A stretch of 64,000 nucleotides of DNA from an uncultured delta proteobacterium (GCA_963704165.1 CAVPHD010000005.1:32001-96000); one strand, 5' to 3'. Numbered from the stretch's first letter, positions 49,830 through 60,370 are shown. Translations and numbers: made by a program. Notes: generated by a model not told the origin, from the letters alone.

Positions 49830-50993
49830 TCAGTCCTTCGGCAGGTGCAGGATGCGCTCGGCGATGATGTTCTTCTGGATGTTCGGCGTGCCGCCGCCGA
49901 TCACGACCTCGGGCCAGTTGAGCGCGCCGGTCGCCCAGCGTCCGCCATCGACGGCCTCGTCGGCGCCACGCAGGTACTGGTTTGCGTTGCCGAGCAGCTC
50001 GAGCGCGAAGTCGCCCATCTCGACCTCGAGGTCCGCGCGGTGCAGCTTGTTCACGCTGGTTTCGCTCGAGAGCGGCTCGCCGCGGAGCTGCTTGGTCAGG
50101 TAGCGAAGTCCGTTCAGGCGCATCGCCTCGATCTTCGCCTCGAAGACCGCGAGCTGCCGGCGCACGCGCGGATCCTTCGCGGCGGGCGCGCCGTTTCGCA
50201 GCGAGCGCTGCGCGAGCTCGCGCAGGTCCTCGAGCTTGCGGAACATCGCGGTGACCTCCGCGATGCTCGAGCGCTCGCTCGCCAGCGCCGACACCGTCAC
50301 CTGCCAACCCTGGCCCTCGGCGCCGAGCCGGTTCTCGACCGGAACGCGGACGTCGTTGAAGAACACCTCGGCGAACATCGACGAGCCCGACATGTTCTGG
50401 ATCGGACGAACCTCGATGCCGGGCGTCGCCATCTCGACGAGCAGACACGTGATGCCATCGTGCTTCGATTCCGAGCTCGAGTCCGTGCGCACCAGCAGGA
50501 TCATCCACTTCGACCACATCGCGATCGAAGTCCAGATCTTCTGGCCGTTCACGACGTAGACATCGCCCTCGCGGACACCCTTGCACTGCAGCGACGCGAG
50601 ATCGCTGCCGACGTCGGGCTCGGAGTAGCCGGTGCACCACTGGTACTTGCCGTCGAGGATGTCGGGGATGAAGCGCTGCTTCTGCGCCTCGGTGCCGTAC
50701 TGCACGATCGACGGGCCGACCCAGGCCAGGCCCATGAAGCAGGAGCCGAGCGCCGGTGCGTGCCGCTTCGACATCTCGTCCTTCAGGATCACCTGCTCGA
50801 CGATGCCGCCGCCGCCGCCGCCGACTTCCTTCGGCCAGGAGAATCCGACCCAGCGCTTCTCGCGCACCTTGCGGTTCCACTCCGCAATGAATGCGAAGTC
50901 GCTGCGGTTCGCGCTCTCGGGCAGGTTCTCGTCGAGGAACGCGCGGACCTCGTCGCGAAAGGCTTCCTCTTCGGGGCTGAACTTGAAGTCCAT
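49830..50993 (-). CDS. Acyl-CoA dehydrogenase (catalytic-type subunit)
   Basis: GYSEPDVGSDLASL, NGQKIWTS, EVFFNDVRVP, LASER, IGGGTPNIQKNII. Confidence 0.92.
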   Translation of the reverse strand: MDFKFSPEEEAFRDEVRAFLDENLPESANRSDFAFIAEWNRKVREKRWVGFSWPKEVGGGGGGIVEQVILKDEMSKRHAPALGSCFMGLAWVGPSIVQYGTEAQKQRFIPDILDGKYQWCTGYSEPDVGSDLASLQCKGVREGDVYVVNGQKIWTSIAMWSKWMILLVRTDSSSESKHDGITCLLVEMATPGIEVRPIQNMSGSSMFAEVFFNDVRVPVENRLGAEGQGWQVTVSALASERSSIAEVTAMFRKLEDLRELAQRSLRNGAPAAKDPRVRRQLAVFEAKIEAMRLNGLRYLTKQLRGEPLSSETSVNKLHRADLEVEMGDFALELLGNANQYLRGADEAVDGGRWATGALNWPEVVIGGGTPNIQKNIIAERILHLPKD

Positions 50994-52138
50994 CACAGAC
51001 CTCCCAGGGTGGCGACGCGTTCGTAGTGGAAGTCGGAATCGCCGAACGTCGGCCGGGCCCACTTCGAACGCTTCAGGTAGAGCTGGATGTCGTACTCCGC
51101 CGTGTAGCCGACCGCGCCGTGGAGCTGCACGCCGTCGATGCCGATGCGCGCGAACGCGTCGCTGGCGTAGGCCTTCGCGAGCGATGCGGAGCGCGGAACC
51201 TCGCCCGGACTCTCGTCGAGCGCCCAGGCCGCGTAGTAGAGGAGCGACTTGGTCGACTCGATGTCGACGTACATCTCGGCCAGCGGGTGCTTCACGCCCT
51301 GGTACTTGCCGATCGGGTTGCCGAACTGGATCCGGTCCTTCGCGTACTGCACGGTGAGCGCGAGCGCGCCCTCCGCGGCACCGATCATCTCGCCCGTGGT
51401 CGCGATCGCGCCGCGGTCGAAGAGCCGCTCGATCGCGGGCCACGCGTTCCCGATCCGGCCGCGACCGTCCGAGCCGAGCAGGAGCGCGCTCTTCGGCACG
51501 CGCGCATCGCTGAGCGTGAGCGTGCCGACGCGCTTGGTCTGGTCCATCGTCGGAAGGCTCGTCGCGCTCACGCCCGGCGCACCCCCGTCGACGACGGCGA
51601 GCGCGAGATCCTCGGCGCCCGCGCCGGTGCGAAACGCGACGACGAAGAGATTTGCGGCGCCCGCGTCGGCGACGAAGTGCTTGCTGCCGTTCAATACGAA
51701 CGAGTCGCCGTCGGGTTTGCCGAGCAGCGCGATGCCGGACGGTGCGAGCAGGTCGCGTGCCTCGAGGAGCGCGAGCGTCCCGATCCGGCTGCCGTCGGCG
51801 ATCCCGGGCAGCCAGCGCGCCTTCTGCTCGTCGCTGCCCGAATCGAGAATTGCGGCGGCGGCGAGCGTGGTCGAGACGAGCGGCGACGGGAAGAGCGATC
51901 GGCCGGTCTCTTCCAGAAGGACGATGAAATCGATCCAACTGAGCCCCGCTCCGCCGTGGGTCTCGGGGATCGTGAGCCCGAGCCAGCCGAGTTCGGCGAG
52001 CTCCGACCAGAGTTCGACGGAGTAGCCGGGGCCGGTCTCCATCAACGCACGCACCTGGTCGAGCGGGCAGCGCCCGTCGAGGAGCTTGCGCACCTCGGCG
52101 CGCAGCAGTTCCTGTTCTTCCGAGAATCCGAAATCCAT
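50993..52138 (-). CDS. Acyl-CoA dehydrogenase (partner subunit)
   Basis: ELGWLG, LLEETGR, YAKDRIQFGNPIGKYQGVKH, VQLHGAVGYT; lacks SEPxxGSD. Confidence 0.9.
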   Translation of the reverse strand: MDFGFSEEQELLRAEVRKLLDGRCPLDQVRALMETGPGYSVELWSELAELGWLGLTIPETHGGAGLSWIDFIVLLEETGRSLFPSPLVSTTLAAAAILDSGSDEQKARWLPGIADGSRIGTLALLEARDLLAPSGIALLGKPDGDSFVLNGSKHFVADAGAANLFVVAFRTGAGAEDLALAVVDGGAPGVSATSLPTMDQTKRVGTLTLSDARVPKSALLLGSDGRGRIGNAWPAIERLFDRGAIATTGEMIGAAEGALALTVQYAKDRIQFGNPIGKYQGVKHPLAEMYVDIESTKSLLYYAAWALDESPGEVPRSASLAKAYASDAFARIGIDGVQLHGAVGYTAEYDIQLYLKRSKWARPTFGDSDFHYERVATLGGL

Positions 52139-52264
52139 GGGGGTTCCTCGCTGGTCCGCGGCGATCATCTCACGCCTCGCGACCCGCGGCATCCCGGCCC
52201 GAGGTCGGTCGGATGAAACCCCTGCGATCTCGGGCAGTTCCGCTCGCCTCTCGAACCGACCGAT

Positions 52265-52392
52265 GGGTCGGGTCGGCGTGGAACCCTGCGAGGGGGATTT
52301 CCATCGGTCCAGAAAGCCAAGAAAACTCCATATCTTGGAGATCGAGCGCCGATACACTCAACATCTTGTGGTGTTCCACGTTGACCCGACCC
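52265..52392. repeat. 20-bp inverted repeat (52265-52284 / 52373-52392) enclosing the NrdR boxes
   Basis: GGGTCGGGTCGGCGTGGAAC versus GTTCCACGTTGACCCGACCC: 18/20 Watson-Crick pairs, and the other two would be G-U in a plus-strand RNA. Confidence 0.75.
52325..52371. promoter_or_regulatory. Tandem NrdR boxes
   Basis: ACTCCATATCTTGGAG (52325-52340) and ACTCAACATCTTGTGG (52356-52371) fit acaCwAtATaTwGtgt, are 31 bp apart, and lie upstream of an RNR gene. Confidence 0.85.
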
Positions 52393-52592
52393 GGATGCCG
52401 GAGTAAAAAGAACCTCCGGGATTCAAGGATTCTTCCTCGGCAGCCAGGGGGGCTACGGGCGGCAGAGGGGAAGCGGGCGGAGCGCTCAGGAGGAGGGCTT
52501 TCGTCCGGGGGCCCTGACGGTCAGGGCCTCTCCTTGGCCCGGAAATTTTCTCGTTGCAGGTATCGGGACAGCGGGTCCGAGGGGGGCACAGA

Positions 52593-55361
52593 GTGGCGGA
52601 GTACGAGGCGATGACGACGAGCGGCGGGACCGGAAAGGTCGAGATTCCGGTCCGCCGGCATTTCACGCGCGCGGGCGAGGACGTCTACGCGTCGGTTCGT
52701 TGGGCCCGGCGCACGGCGAAGATCAGCGCGGAGAACGGCGACGCCGTCTTCGAGCAGACCGACGTCGAAGTGCCCGAGAGCTGGTCGCCGATCGCCACGA
52801 ACATCGTCGCCTCGAAATACTTCCGTGGGCATCTCGGCTCGCCGTCGCGCGAGCGGAGCGTGAAGCAGCTGATCGGCCGCGTCGTCGACACGATCCGGAA
52901 GTGGGGCCGAAGCGGCGGCTATTTCGCGAGCGCCGAGCAGGAAGAGACGTTCGCGGACGAGCTCACCCACCTGCTGCTGCACCAGAAGGTCTGCTTCAAC
53001 TCTCCCGTCTGGTTCAACCTCGGTGTCGTCGAGCCCGACGGCCGGCTCGTGCCGCAGCAGGCGAGCGCCTGCTTCATCAACTCCGTCGAGGACTCGATGA
53101 CCTCGATCATGGACCTCGCCAAGACCGAGGCGATGCTCTTCAAGGGTGGCTCGGGTGCGGGGACCAATCTGTCGACGATCCGCAGCTCGAAGGAGACGCT
53201 CGCGGGTGGCGGAGTCGCGAGTGGACCGGTCTCGTTCATGCGCGGCTTCGATTCGTTCGCCGGCGTGATCCGCTCCGGCGGAAAGACCCGCCGCGCCGCG
53301 AAGATGGTGATCCTGAACGCCGACCACCCCGACGTTCTCGACTTCGTGCGCTGCAAGGCGCAGGAAGAGAAGAAGGCGTGGGCGCTGATCGACGCGGGCT
53401 TCGACGGGCGCTTCAACGTCCAGGGCGGCGCCTACGATTCGATCCAGTACCAGAACGCCAATCACTCCGTGCGGGTTTCCGACGGGTTCATGAAGTCGGC
53501 CGTGAACGGCGGAACCTGGCAGACCCGGGCCGTCACGACCGGCAAGGTGATGGACACGCTTCCGGCGCGCGATCTCATGACGCGAGATCGCGTCCGCGGC
53601 GCACGTCTGCGGTGATCCGGGCCTGCAGTACGACACCACGATCAACCGTTGGAACACGGTCAAGAACTCGGGCCGCATCAACGCGACCAATCCGTGCAGC
53701 GAGTTCATCTTCCTCGACGACACCGCGTGCAATCTCGCGTCGTTCAACCTGCTGAAGTTCGCCGACGACTCCGGAACGCTTCCTGACCGACGACTTCGCG
53801 CAGGCGGTCGACACGATGATCCTCGCGATGGAGATCATCGTCGATCCCGCCGATTACCCGACGCCGAAGATCGCGAAGAACAGCCACGCGCTGCGCCCGC
53901 TCGGGCTGGGCTACGCGAACCTCGGCGCGCTGATCATGCTGAACGGGTTGGCGTACGACAGCGACGAGGGTCGAAACCTGTGCTGCTGCGATCACCTCGC
54001 TCATGTCGGGTCGCTCGTACCACCGTTCGGCGGAGATCGCGGCTCGAACGGGACCTTTCGTCGAGTACGAGAAGAATCGCGCGCCGTTCCTCGAGGTGAT
54101 CGGCCTGCACAGCGAGTACGGCGACCGCGTGCCGACCGACGGTGTGCCCGCCGATCTGCACGTCGCCGCGCGCGAGAGCTGGCACCGCGCGCTCGAGCTC
54201 GGCCGGCACGCGGGCTTCCGCAACGCGCAGGTCACCGTGATCGCACCGACGGGAACGATCGCCTTCATGATGGACTGCGACACGACGGGCATCGAGCCGG
54301 ACATCGCTCTGGTGAAGTACAAGCAGCTCGTCGGCGGAGGAATGCTGAAGATCGTCAACCGCACCGTTCCGGCTGCGCTCGCTCGGCGCGGCTACTCGCC
54401 GGCGCAGATCGACGCGATCGTCGCGTACATCGACGAGCACGACACGATCGAGGGCGCGCCCGGCCTCGACCCCGAGCACTTGTCGATCTTCGACTGCGCG
54501 TTCACGTCGGCGCACGGCACGCGTTCGATCCACTACATGGGGCACATCCGCATGATGGCCGCCGCGCAGCCGTTCCTCTCGGGCGGAATCTCGAAGACCG
54601 TGAACCTGCCGAAGGACGCGACGATCGAGGATATCGAAGAGGCGTACACGGAGGGCTGGCGGCTCGGCCTGAAGTCGCTCGCGGTCTATCGCGACGGCTC
54701 GAAGCGCACCCAGCCGCTGAAGACAAAGGCAGACGCGGGCGATGCGAAGGTCGCACTCGTCGCAGCGTCTGCACCCGAGCCCGAGCCACGTCGCCGCAAG
54801 CTCCCGGACGTGCGCACGGCGAAGACACACAAGTTCTCGATCCAGGGCCACGACGGCTATCTGACCGTCGGCCTGTACGACGACGGAACGCCCGGCGAGG
54901 TGTTCCTGAAGATGTCGAAGGAGGGCTCGACGGTTTCGGGACTCGTGGACACGATCGCGGTCATGACCTCGATCTCGCTGCAGTACGGCGTGCCGCTGAA
55001 GGCGCTCGTGGACAAGTTCAGCCACACGCGCTTCGAGCCCTCGGGGTACACGCCGAACCCCGAGATCCCGTACGCGAAGTCGGTGACCGACTACGTCTTC
55101 CGCTGGCTCGGCCTGAACTTCTCGGGCGCGGAATCGGACGGCTCCGAGGACGACGATCTGGCCGACGACGTGATCCTCGATCCGCCCGTCGCCCGCGGCA
55201 GCGAGCGCGTCGTTCCGATCCGCGGCGGCAGCGCGAGCGAGCCGCGCCGGGGCACCGGGCAGGAGGACTCCCCAGCGTGCCTGAATTGCGGCTCGATCAT
55301 GGTCCGCGCGGGCACCTGTTACGCGTGCCGGAGTTGCGGCGAGACGGGGGGCTGCGGCTGA
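52593..55361 (+). CDS. nrdJ: Class II (adenosylcobalamin-dependent) ribonucleotide reductase with TSCPD and Zn-ribbon C-terminus; frameshifts near 53580, 53780 and 53980
   Basis: FNSPVWFN, QASACFI, RRAAKM, NPCSE (about 53689, in a frame missing from the ORF track), ACNLAS, IAPTGTI, ISKTVN, YRDGSK, CLNC..CRSC..GC. Confidence 0.92.
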
Positions 55362-55364
55362 CGC

Positions 55365-56465
55365 CTACCGGCCGTCGACGCGTCCGAACGCGTCGCGCAG
55401 GAGCCGCCGGCCCAGCGTGGAGTAGGGCTGCACGACCATGAGCATGTCGGCCATGAGCCGGCGGGCGCGGCGGCTTCGGGCGGCGAGCGCGAGCGAGAAA
55501 TCGACGACGCGCGGCCGGTAGAGGTGGCGGGCGAGCCGGGCACAGGCTTCGAGGTCTCCGCCCGCGCCGGAGTGCCAGCGATCGGTGTAGAGGCCGGGCG
55601 CGCCCGTCGGACCGACCTCCTCGAGGGCGTCGGCGAGCAGCGCCGCCGAGTCGAGCGCGTGCTGGATGCCCTCTCCGCTGATCGCATCGTTGGCGTTGGC
55701 GGCGTCTCCCACCAACGCGAAGCGCTCGCCGGCGACCGGTCCGCCGCCGACGGGAATGCTCGCCGCATAGGGATCGCGCGCGAGGTCGAGGCTCCCGGGA
55801 TAGCGTCGTTCGAGCATCTCGAGGACACGAGCGCGAAGCTTCACGCCGTTCTCGCTTCCGACCGGCGCGGCGATTCCCACCGAGCAGTGGCCGGGGCGCG
55901 GAAAGACCCAGAGGTAGCCCGCATACTCGCGCACGAACTCGATGTAGATCTCGTCCTCGGCGAGGCCCTGGACGTGGAAGCCCGCGGTCGCGTAGCTCGA
56001 AGCGCTTCCGGGCTTCGACCCGAGGAGCGAACGCCGGACGATGCTCGACGCCCCGTCCGCGCCGACGACGAAGTCGTACGGGCCTCCGTTGATCCGCGCT
56101 CCCGAAGGATCGGCGGAGACGAATCGGACGCGTTCGGTCCGCAGCTCCGCACCGGCCTTTCGCGCGCGCTCGAGCAAGAGCGAATCGAGGACGCGCCTCG
56201 AGAAGATCTCGATCGGGCGATCGAGATCCACCGAGAGCACGCGCCCGCGCGGCGCGCGCATGCGCACGACCGACGAGGGGCGTCCCGCGCGGCGGATCTC
56301 CGCGAGCTCGGGATACTTCTCGAACGCCCCGGGGGTGACCCCGCCGCCGCACGGTTTCTCGCGCGGGTGCGACGGGTCGTAGATCGTCACCGCATGGCCA
56401 GCCCGGGCGAGCCTCTCGCCGCAGAAGCTGCCTGCGGGACCCGCGCCGACGATCGCGATCTTCAT
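55365..56465 (-). CDS. Geranylgeranyl reductase family FAD-dependent oxidoreductase
   Basis: IVGAGPAGS, KPCGGG, VGADG, GYLWVFP, LVGDAA..ISGEGI. Confidence 0.85.
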   Translation of the reverse strand: MKIAIVGAGPAGSFCGERLARAGHAVTIYDPSHPREKPCGGGVTPGAFEKYPELAEIRRAGRPSSVVRMRAPRGRVLSVDLDRPIEIFSRRVLDSLLLERARKAGAELRTERVRFVSADPSGARINGGPYDFVVGADGASSIVRRSLLGSKPGSASSYATAGFHVQGLAEDEIYIEFVREYAGYLWVFPRPGHCSVGIAAPVGSENGVKLRARVLEMLERRYPGSLDLARDPYAASIPVGGGPVAGERFALVGDAANANDAISGEGIQHALDSAALLADALEEVGPTGAPGLYTDRWHSGAGGDLEACARLARHLYRPRVVDFSLALAARSRRARRLMADMLMVVQPYSTLGRRLLRDAFGRVDGR

Positions 56466-58168
56466 CACATATTCGTGTAGTCGGGTCCGTCGCCGCCTTC
56501 GGGCGTGGTCCAAGTGATCTGCGCGTACGGATCGGCGACGTCGCAGGTCTTGCAGTGAACGCAGTTCTCGTGGTGGATCACGAGCCGCTTGCCGTTGGGC
56601 GCGGCGCCGTCTTCGATCATCTCGTAGACCGCGGCCGGACAGAAGCTCTCGCAGGGATTGCCGTACTCCTGCGTGCAGCGGGTCGCGCACAGATCCGTGT
56701 CGCGCACCTTGAGATGGTGCGGCTGATCGACCTCGTGCCGCGAGCCGGCGAGCGCGACGGCCGTCACCTTGTCGAAGGTGAGCTTGTTGTCGTAGGCGAC
56801 CTTCTGCTTCTTGGCTTGCTCTTTCGGCGAGAGCTCCGAGAGCTTCTTCATGTGCTCGTGATCCGGGTGCGTGTGCACCTGCTTCACGAGACCGCGGCCC
56901 CCCGTGATCATCGCGAGGGCCTGACCGTTCACGATCCACGGCAACTGGCGCAGCCAGCCGAGCCAGCGCGGCATCTTCGACACGTATTTGAACGAGCCGT
57001 GGAAGTTGCGCGCCTTGTAGTGCTCCTCGGCGAGCCAGCTTCCGTGGAACAGGCGCGAATATCCCTCGAGCGACTTCGAAGAGAAGTCGTCCTTGCGAAT
57101 GGCCTCGACGAGAGTCTCGGCGGCGAGCATTCCGCTCTTGATCGCGAGGTGTACGCCCTTCAGTCGTTCGCCGTTGCACGTGCCGGCGGCGTCACCGATC
57201 AGGAGCGCGCCGTCGGCGTAGAGCTTCGGGAACGAGAAATAGCCGCCGGCGGGCATGGTCTTCGCGCCGTAGCGGATGCACTCGCCGCCCTCGAGGAGCT
57301 TGCGCATGCGCGGGTGCGTCTTCCAGCGCTGCATCAGGTCGTGTGGATCGGTGTGCGGGTTGTCGTAGTCGAGCCCGGTCACGAAGCCGAGCGAGATGCA
57401 GTTGTCCTTGAGATCGTAGATCCAGCCGCCGCCGAACGTGGTCGGGTCGTGCGGCCAGCCCATCGTGTGGACGACGCGGCCGGGCTGGTGGTTCTCCGGG
57501 CGGATCCGCCAGATCTCCTTGATCCCCGTCTCGTACGCCTGCGGGTTCGAGCCGGCGAGGCCGAGCTTGTCGATCAGGATCTTCGTGCACGAACCGCGCG
57601 TTCCCTCGCCGAACACCACGCACTTCGCATGGATCTCCGGGCCCGCTTCGAAGACGCTCTTCGGTTTGCCGTCCTTGTCGAGGCCACGGTCTTGAACCTG
57701 CACCCCGACGACACGATCGCCGTCGAAGATCGGCTTCGACGCCGCGAATCCGGGATAGATCTCGACGCCGCGCTCCTCCGCCTTCGCGCCCAGCCACTTC
57801 ACGACGTCGGAGAGCGAGATCGCGTAGTTGCCGTGATTGACGAATGGCGGCGGCGTGACCGGGATCGTGATCACCCGCTTCGACGTCATCGCCCACGTGT
57901 AATCCGTCGTGCACTGGTAGTGGAAGGGGAAGCCCTGCTCGAGGAAGTCCGGCATGAGCTCAGCGAGGCCGCGCGGATCCATCATCGCGCCGGAGAGTTG
58001 GTGGCCGCCGATCTCGGGCGCCTTCTCGATCACCAGTACGGCGGGCATTTCGACGTTCTGAGCTTTGCACAGGTCCGCGAGGCGGATCACGCTCGCGAGC
58101 GTCGCAACGCCCGCGCCCACGAAGAGGATGTCCACGTCCAGTCGTTCGCGCTCAACGGCCTCACTCAT
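56465..58168 (-). CDS. Electron transfer flavoprotein:quinone oxidoreductase
   Basis: GGHQLSGA, GVEIYPGF, GIKEIW, KGVHLAIKSG; 4Fe-4S region FCPAAVYE, NCVHCKTCD, WTTPEGGDGP. Confidence 0.93.
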   Translation of the reverse strand: MSEAVERERLDVDILFVGAGVATLASVIRLADLCKAQNVEMPAVLVIEKAPEIGGHQLSGAMMDPRGLAELMPDFLEQGFPFHYQCTTDYTWAMTSKRVITIPVTPPPFVNHGNYAISLSDVVKWLGAKAEERGVEIYPGFAASKPIFDGDRVVGVQVQDRGLDKDGKPKSVFEAGPEIHAKCVVFGEGTRGSCTKILIDKLGLAGSNPQAYETGIKEIWRIRPENHQPGRVVHTMGWPHDPTTFGGGWIYDLKDNCISLGFVTGLDYDNPHTDPHDLMQRWKTHPRMRKLLEGGECIRYGAKTMPAGGYFSFPKLYADGALLIGDAAGTCNGERLKGVHLAIKSGMLAAETLVEAIRKDDFSSKSLEGYSRLFHGSWLAEEHYKARNFHGSFKYVSKMPRWLGWLRQLPWIVNGQALAMITGGRGLVKQVHTHPDHEHMKKLSELSPKEQAKKQKVAYDNKLTFDKVTAVALAGSRHEVDQPHHLKVRDTDLCATRCTQEYGNPCESFCPAAVYEMIEDGAAPNGKRLVIHHENCVHCKTCDVADPYAQITWTTPEGGDGPDYTNM

Positions 58169-58186
58169 GGCCGCGAGCATACCGGA

Positions 58187-59392
58187 TCAGGCTTGCGGCA
58201 GCAGCACCCGCGAGAAGGCCAGGAAGACCGCGAGCGCGCCGAGCAGCGCGACGCCGGCGAACAAGAAGGGCGTCCCCGGAGCGATCGAGGCGAAGACCCA
58301 TCCCCAGCACAGCGCGCCCACGGTGCGGCCGGTGTGAAGCATGGCCTGGCTCTGCGACATCGCTTCGCCGGCCTCGTGTGCGCCGCAGACTTTCGAGAAC
58401 AGACTCGTGAACGCGGGGATCGTGATTCCCGCGCCGAGAGCGATTCCCACCGCGGACACCGTGAGCGTCGCCAGCGAATGGCTGAACGACATGCCCGCGA
58501 GCGAGACCCCGGTGAGTGCGAGACCGGCGACCGTCATCCGGATCTCGCCGATCTCGCGCGAGAGGCGACCCACGAACAGCCCCTGGCTCGCTCCGAGCAC
58601 GATCGCGATGCCCGCGACGAAGAGCCCGGTCTGCGTCTCGTTCCAGTCGAAGCGTGCAGCCGCGAACAGCGGGAACATCGCATCGACCACGGAGAACGCG
58701 AAGAAGATGTGGAAGAAGAGATACAGATACAGTCGCTGGCTGCGGCCATGGACGCTCGCCATGACGAGAAGCGGCGCAGGCACGAGAACGCGCGCGAATC
58801 CACGCCAGCCACCCTGAGCGGGAACCGCAGCTTTGGATTCCGGGAGCGCGAACGCGGCGAGCACGAAATTCACCGCCGCCACACCCGCGGTCGCGTAGAA
58901 CGGCAGCGCTGGATCGATCCCGCCTAGGATCCCACCGAGCGCGGTGCCGAGCACGATTCCGACGCCCGAGGCCGCACCGATCAGGCCCATACCTTGTGTA
59001 CGGGAGTCGTCGTCGGTGAGATCGGTCATGTACGCCTGTGCGGTGCCGATGCTCGCGCCGAAGAAGCCGCCCAGGAATCGCGCGATCAGAACGGTCGTCA
59101 GCGTCTCGGCGAGTGCGAGCATCACGAACGAGAACACGGTGCCCAGAAGAGAGACGAGCAGCACCGGTCGCCGCCCGACACGATCGGAGATCCAGCCCCA
59201 GAGCGGAAGGAAGAGCACCAAGCCGAGCGCATAGAGCGCGGTGATCAGCCCGATGTGGAAGGCGTCGATGCCGAGCCGCTCGACGAATCCGGGCAGAACG
59301 GGGATCAGGATCGAGAAGCCGATGAAGTCGATGAGGATCGTGGTGAAGATGATTCCGACCGCGAGGCGGCGGTGTCCCTTGGCTTCACTCAT
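58187..59392 (-). CDS. MFS transporter (TetA/DHA1-like efflux)
   Basis: IDFIGFSILIPVLP, motif A GWISDRVGRRPVL, AQAYMTD. Confidence 0.9.
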   Translation of the reverse strand: MSEAKGHRRLAVGIIFTTILIDFIGFSILIPVLPGFVERLGIDAFHIGLITALYALGLVLFLPLWGWISDRVGRRPVLLVSLLGTVFSFVMLALAETLTTVLIARFLGGFFGASIGTAQAYMTDLTDDDSRTQGMGLIGAASGVGIVLGTALGGILGGIDPALPFYATAGVAAVNFVLAAFALPESKAAVPAQGGWRGFARVLVPAPLLVMASVHGRSQRLYLYLFFHIFFAFSVVDAMFPLFAAARFDWNETQTGLFVAGIAIVLGASQGLFVGRLSREIGEIRMTVAGLALTGVSLAGMSFSHSLATLTVSAVGIALGAGITIPAFTSLFSKVCGAHEAGEAMSQSQAMLHTGRTVGALCWGWVFASIAPGTPFLFAGVALLGALAVFLAFSRVLLPQA

Positions 59393-59440
59393 CGTTGCCT
59401 GCATTCTAGGGGTCAATCCGCCGAGGCGGGAGGTCGGAGC

Positions 59441-60370
59441 GTGGAGCTACGCGAGCGAAGGCTTGCCCAGGTGGTGCGTGACTTCATGGAGGCGTTCGTG
59501 CTCGCTCGAACTCTGGGCGAGGACCTGCGCGCTGGCCGGCTCACGTTCCAAACCGTCACGCGCCTGGTCGGGGACGCCGAGGACAGCGCGCTCTACCGGC
59601 TGAAGGAGGAGTGCCACGCGCTCTTTCGCCTCGACGCCTCGCGCCCGATAACGGAGGTTCAGGCGGAGGAGTTTTTCGACCTCGCCGTTGGTGCGCTCTT
59701 TCACGAGACGATGAAGTTCCGCGAAGGCTTCTATCTGACCGACCGGTACGGACCTCGTCTGCAGCGGATGATGGCGGAGGGCTCGGCGACCGGACCGCTC
59801 GCCGAGACGTTCTGGCGAGTCGTCGAAGCGGGCCGCCGTCGCATGGTCGAAGCCGAGTCGGAAGCGGAGAGCCTGTTTTCCGAGACGCGCGACCAGCTCC
59901 TGATCCTGCTCCGTCAGCTGGGCGAGTCGGGTGCGGTCGCGCGCAGCCTGGTGGAGGATCCGGAGCGCGCGCAGCAGGTCTTCGATCTTCCACTGTCCCG
60001 TTTGCTCGTCGACACGTACGGATCGGCTCAGCATGGGTATCAGCTCGCGATCGACAGCCTGATCGAGAACGGCCACTTTGCCGAAGCTGCCGCGGTACTC
60101 GATCACCCCGACACGAGAGCGGCCGGTGTCACCGACGGCGCCCTGGACTTCGCGCGCGGCATGGCGAGCTACTATGCGGGTGACAACCTCGCAGCGGTCG
60201 AGTCACTCGCGCGCTGGAGCAAGGGCAGCGGATGTTCGCCGACCGCGTGGAGACAGAGCGCGGTGCGGGTTCTCTCCGCGCTCGCGAAGAGCGTCGAGCT
60301 CGCCGACCCGAAGCTGTCGGAGCGCGCGATCGCGATCGGATCCGTGCTCAGTGCCGCGAACTCGGCCTGA
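59441..60370 (+). CDS. Hypothetical helical protein with a TPR-like C-terminus
   Basis: GGAGG RBS and GTG; coding-like composition; LYRLKEECHALFR and FDLAVGALFHETMK. Confidence 0.7.
   Translation: MELRERRLAQVVRDFMEAFVLARTLGEDLRAGRLTFQTVTRLVGDAEDSALYRLKEECHALFRLDASRPITEVQAEEFFDLAVGALFHETMKFREGFYLTDRYGPRLQRMMAEGSATGPLAETFWRVVEAGRRRMVEAESEAESLFSETRDQLLILLRQLGESGAVARSLVEDPERAQQVFDLPLSRLLVDTYGSAQHGYQLAIDSLIENGHFAEAAAVLDHPDTRAAGVTDGALDFARGMASYYAGDNLAAVESLARWSKGSGCSPTAWRQSAVRVLSALAKSVELADPKLSERAIAIGSVLSAANSA

Noticed and set aside
52393..52592. Possible cobalamin riboswitch before nrdJ
   Set aside because: I could not find the B12-box or conserved core. The NrdR boxes already account for regulation.
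53570..54000. Intein, intron or programmed frameshift in nrdJ
   Set aside because: There is no inserted sequence. The RNR sequence, including NPCSE, is continuous after correcting single-base indels, and no slippery heptamer is present.
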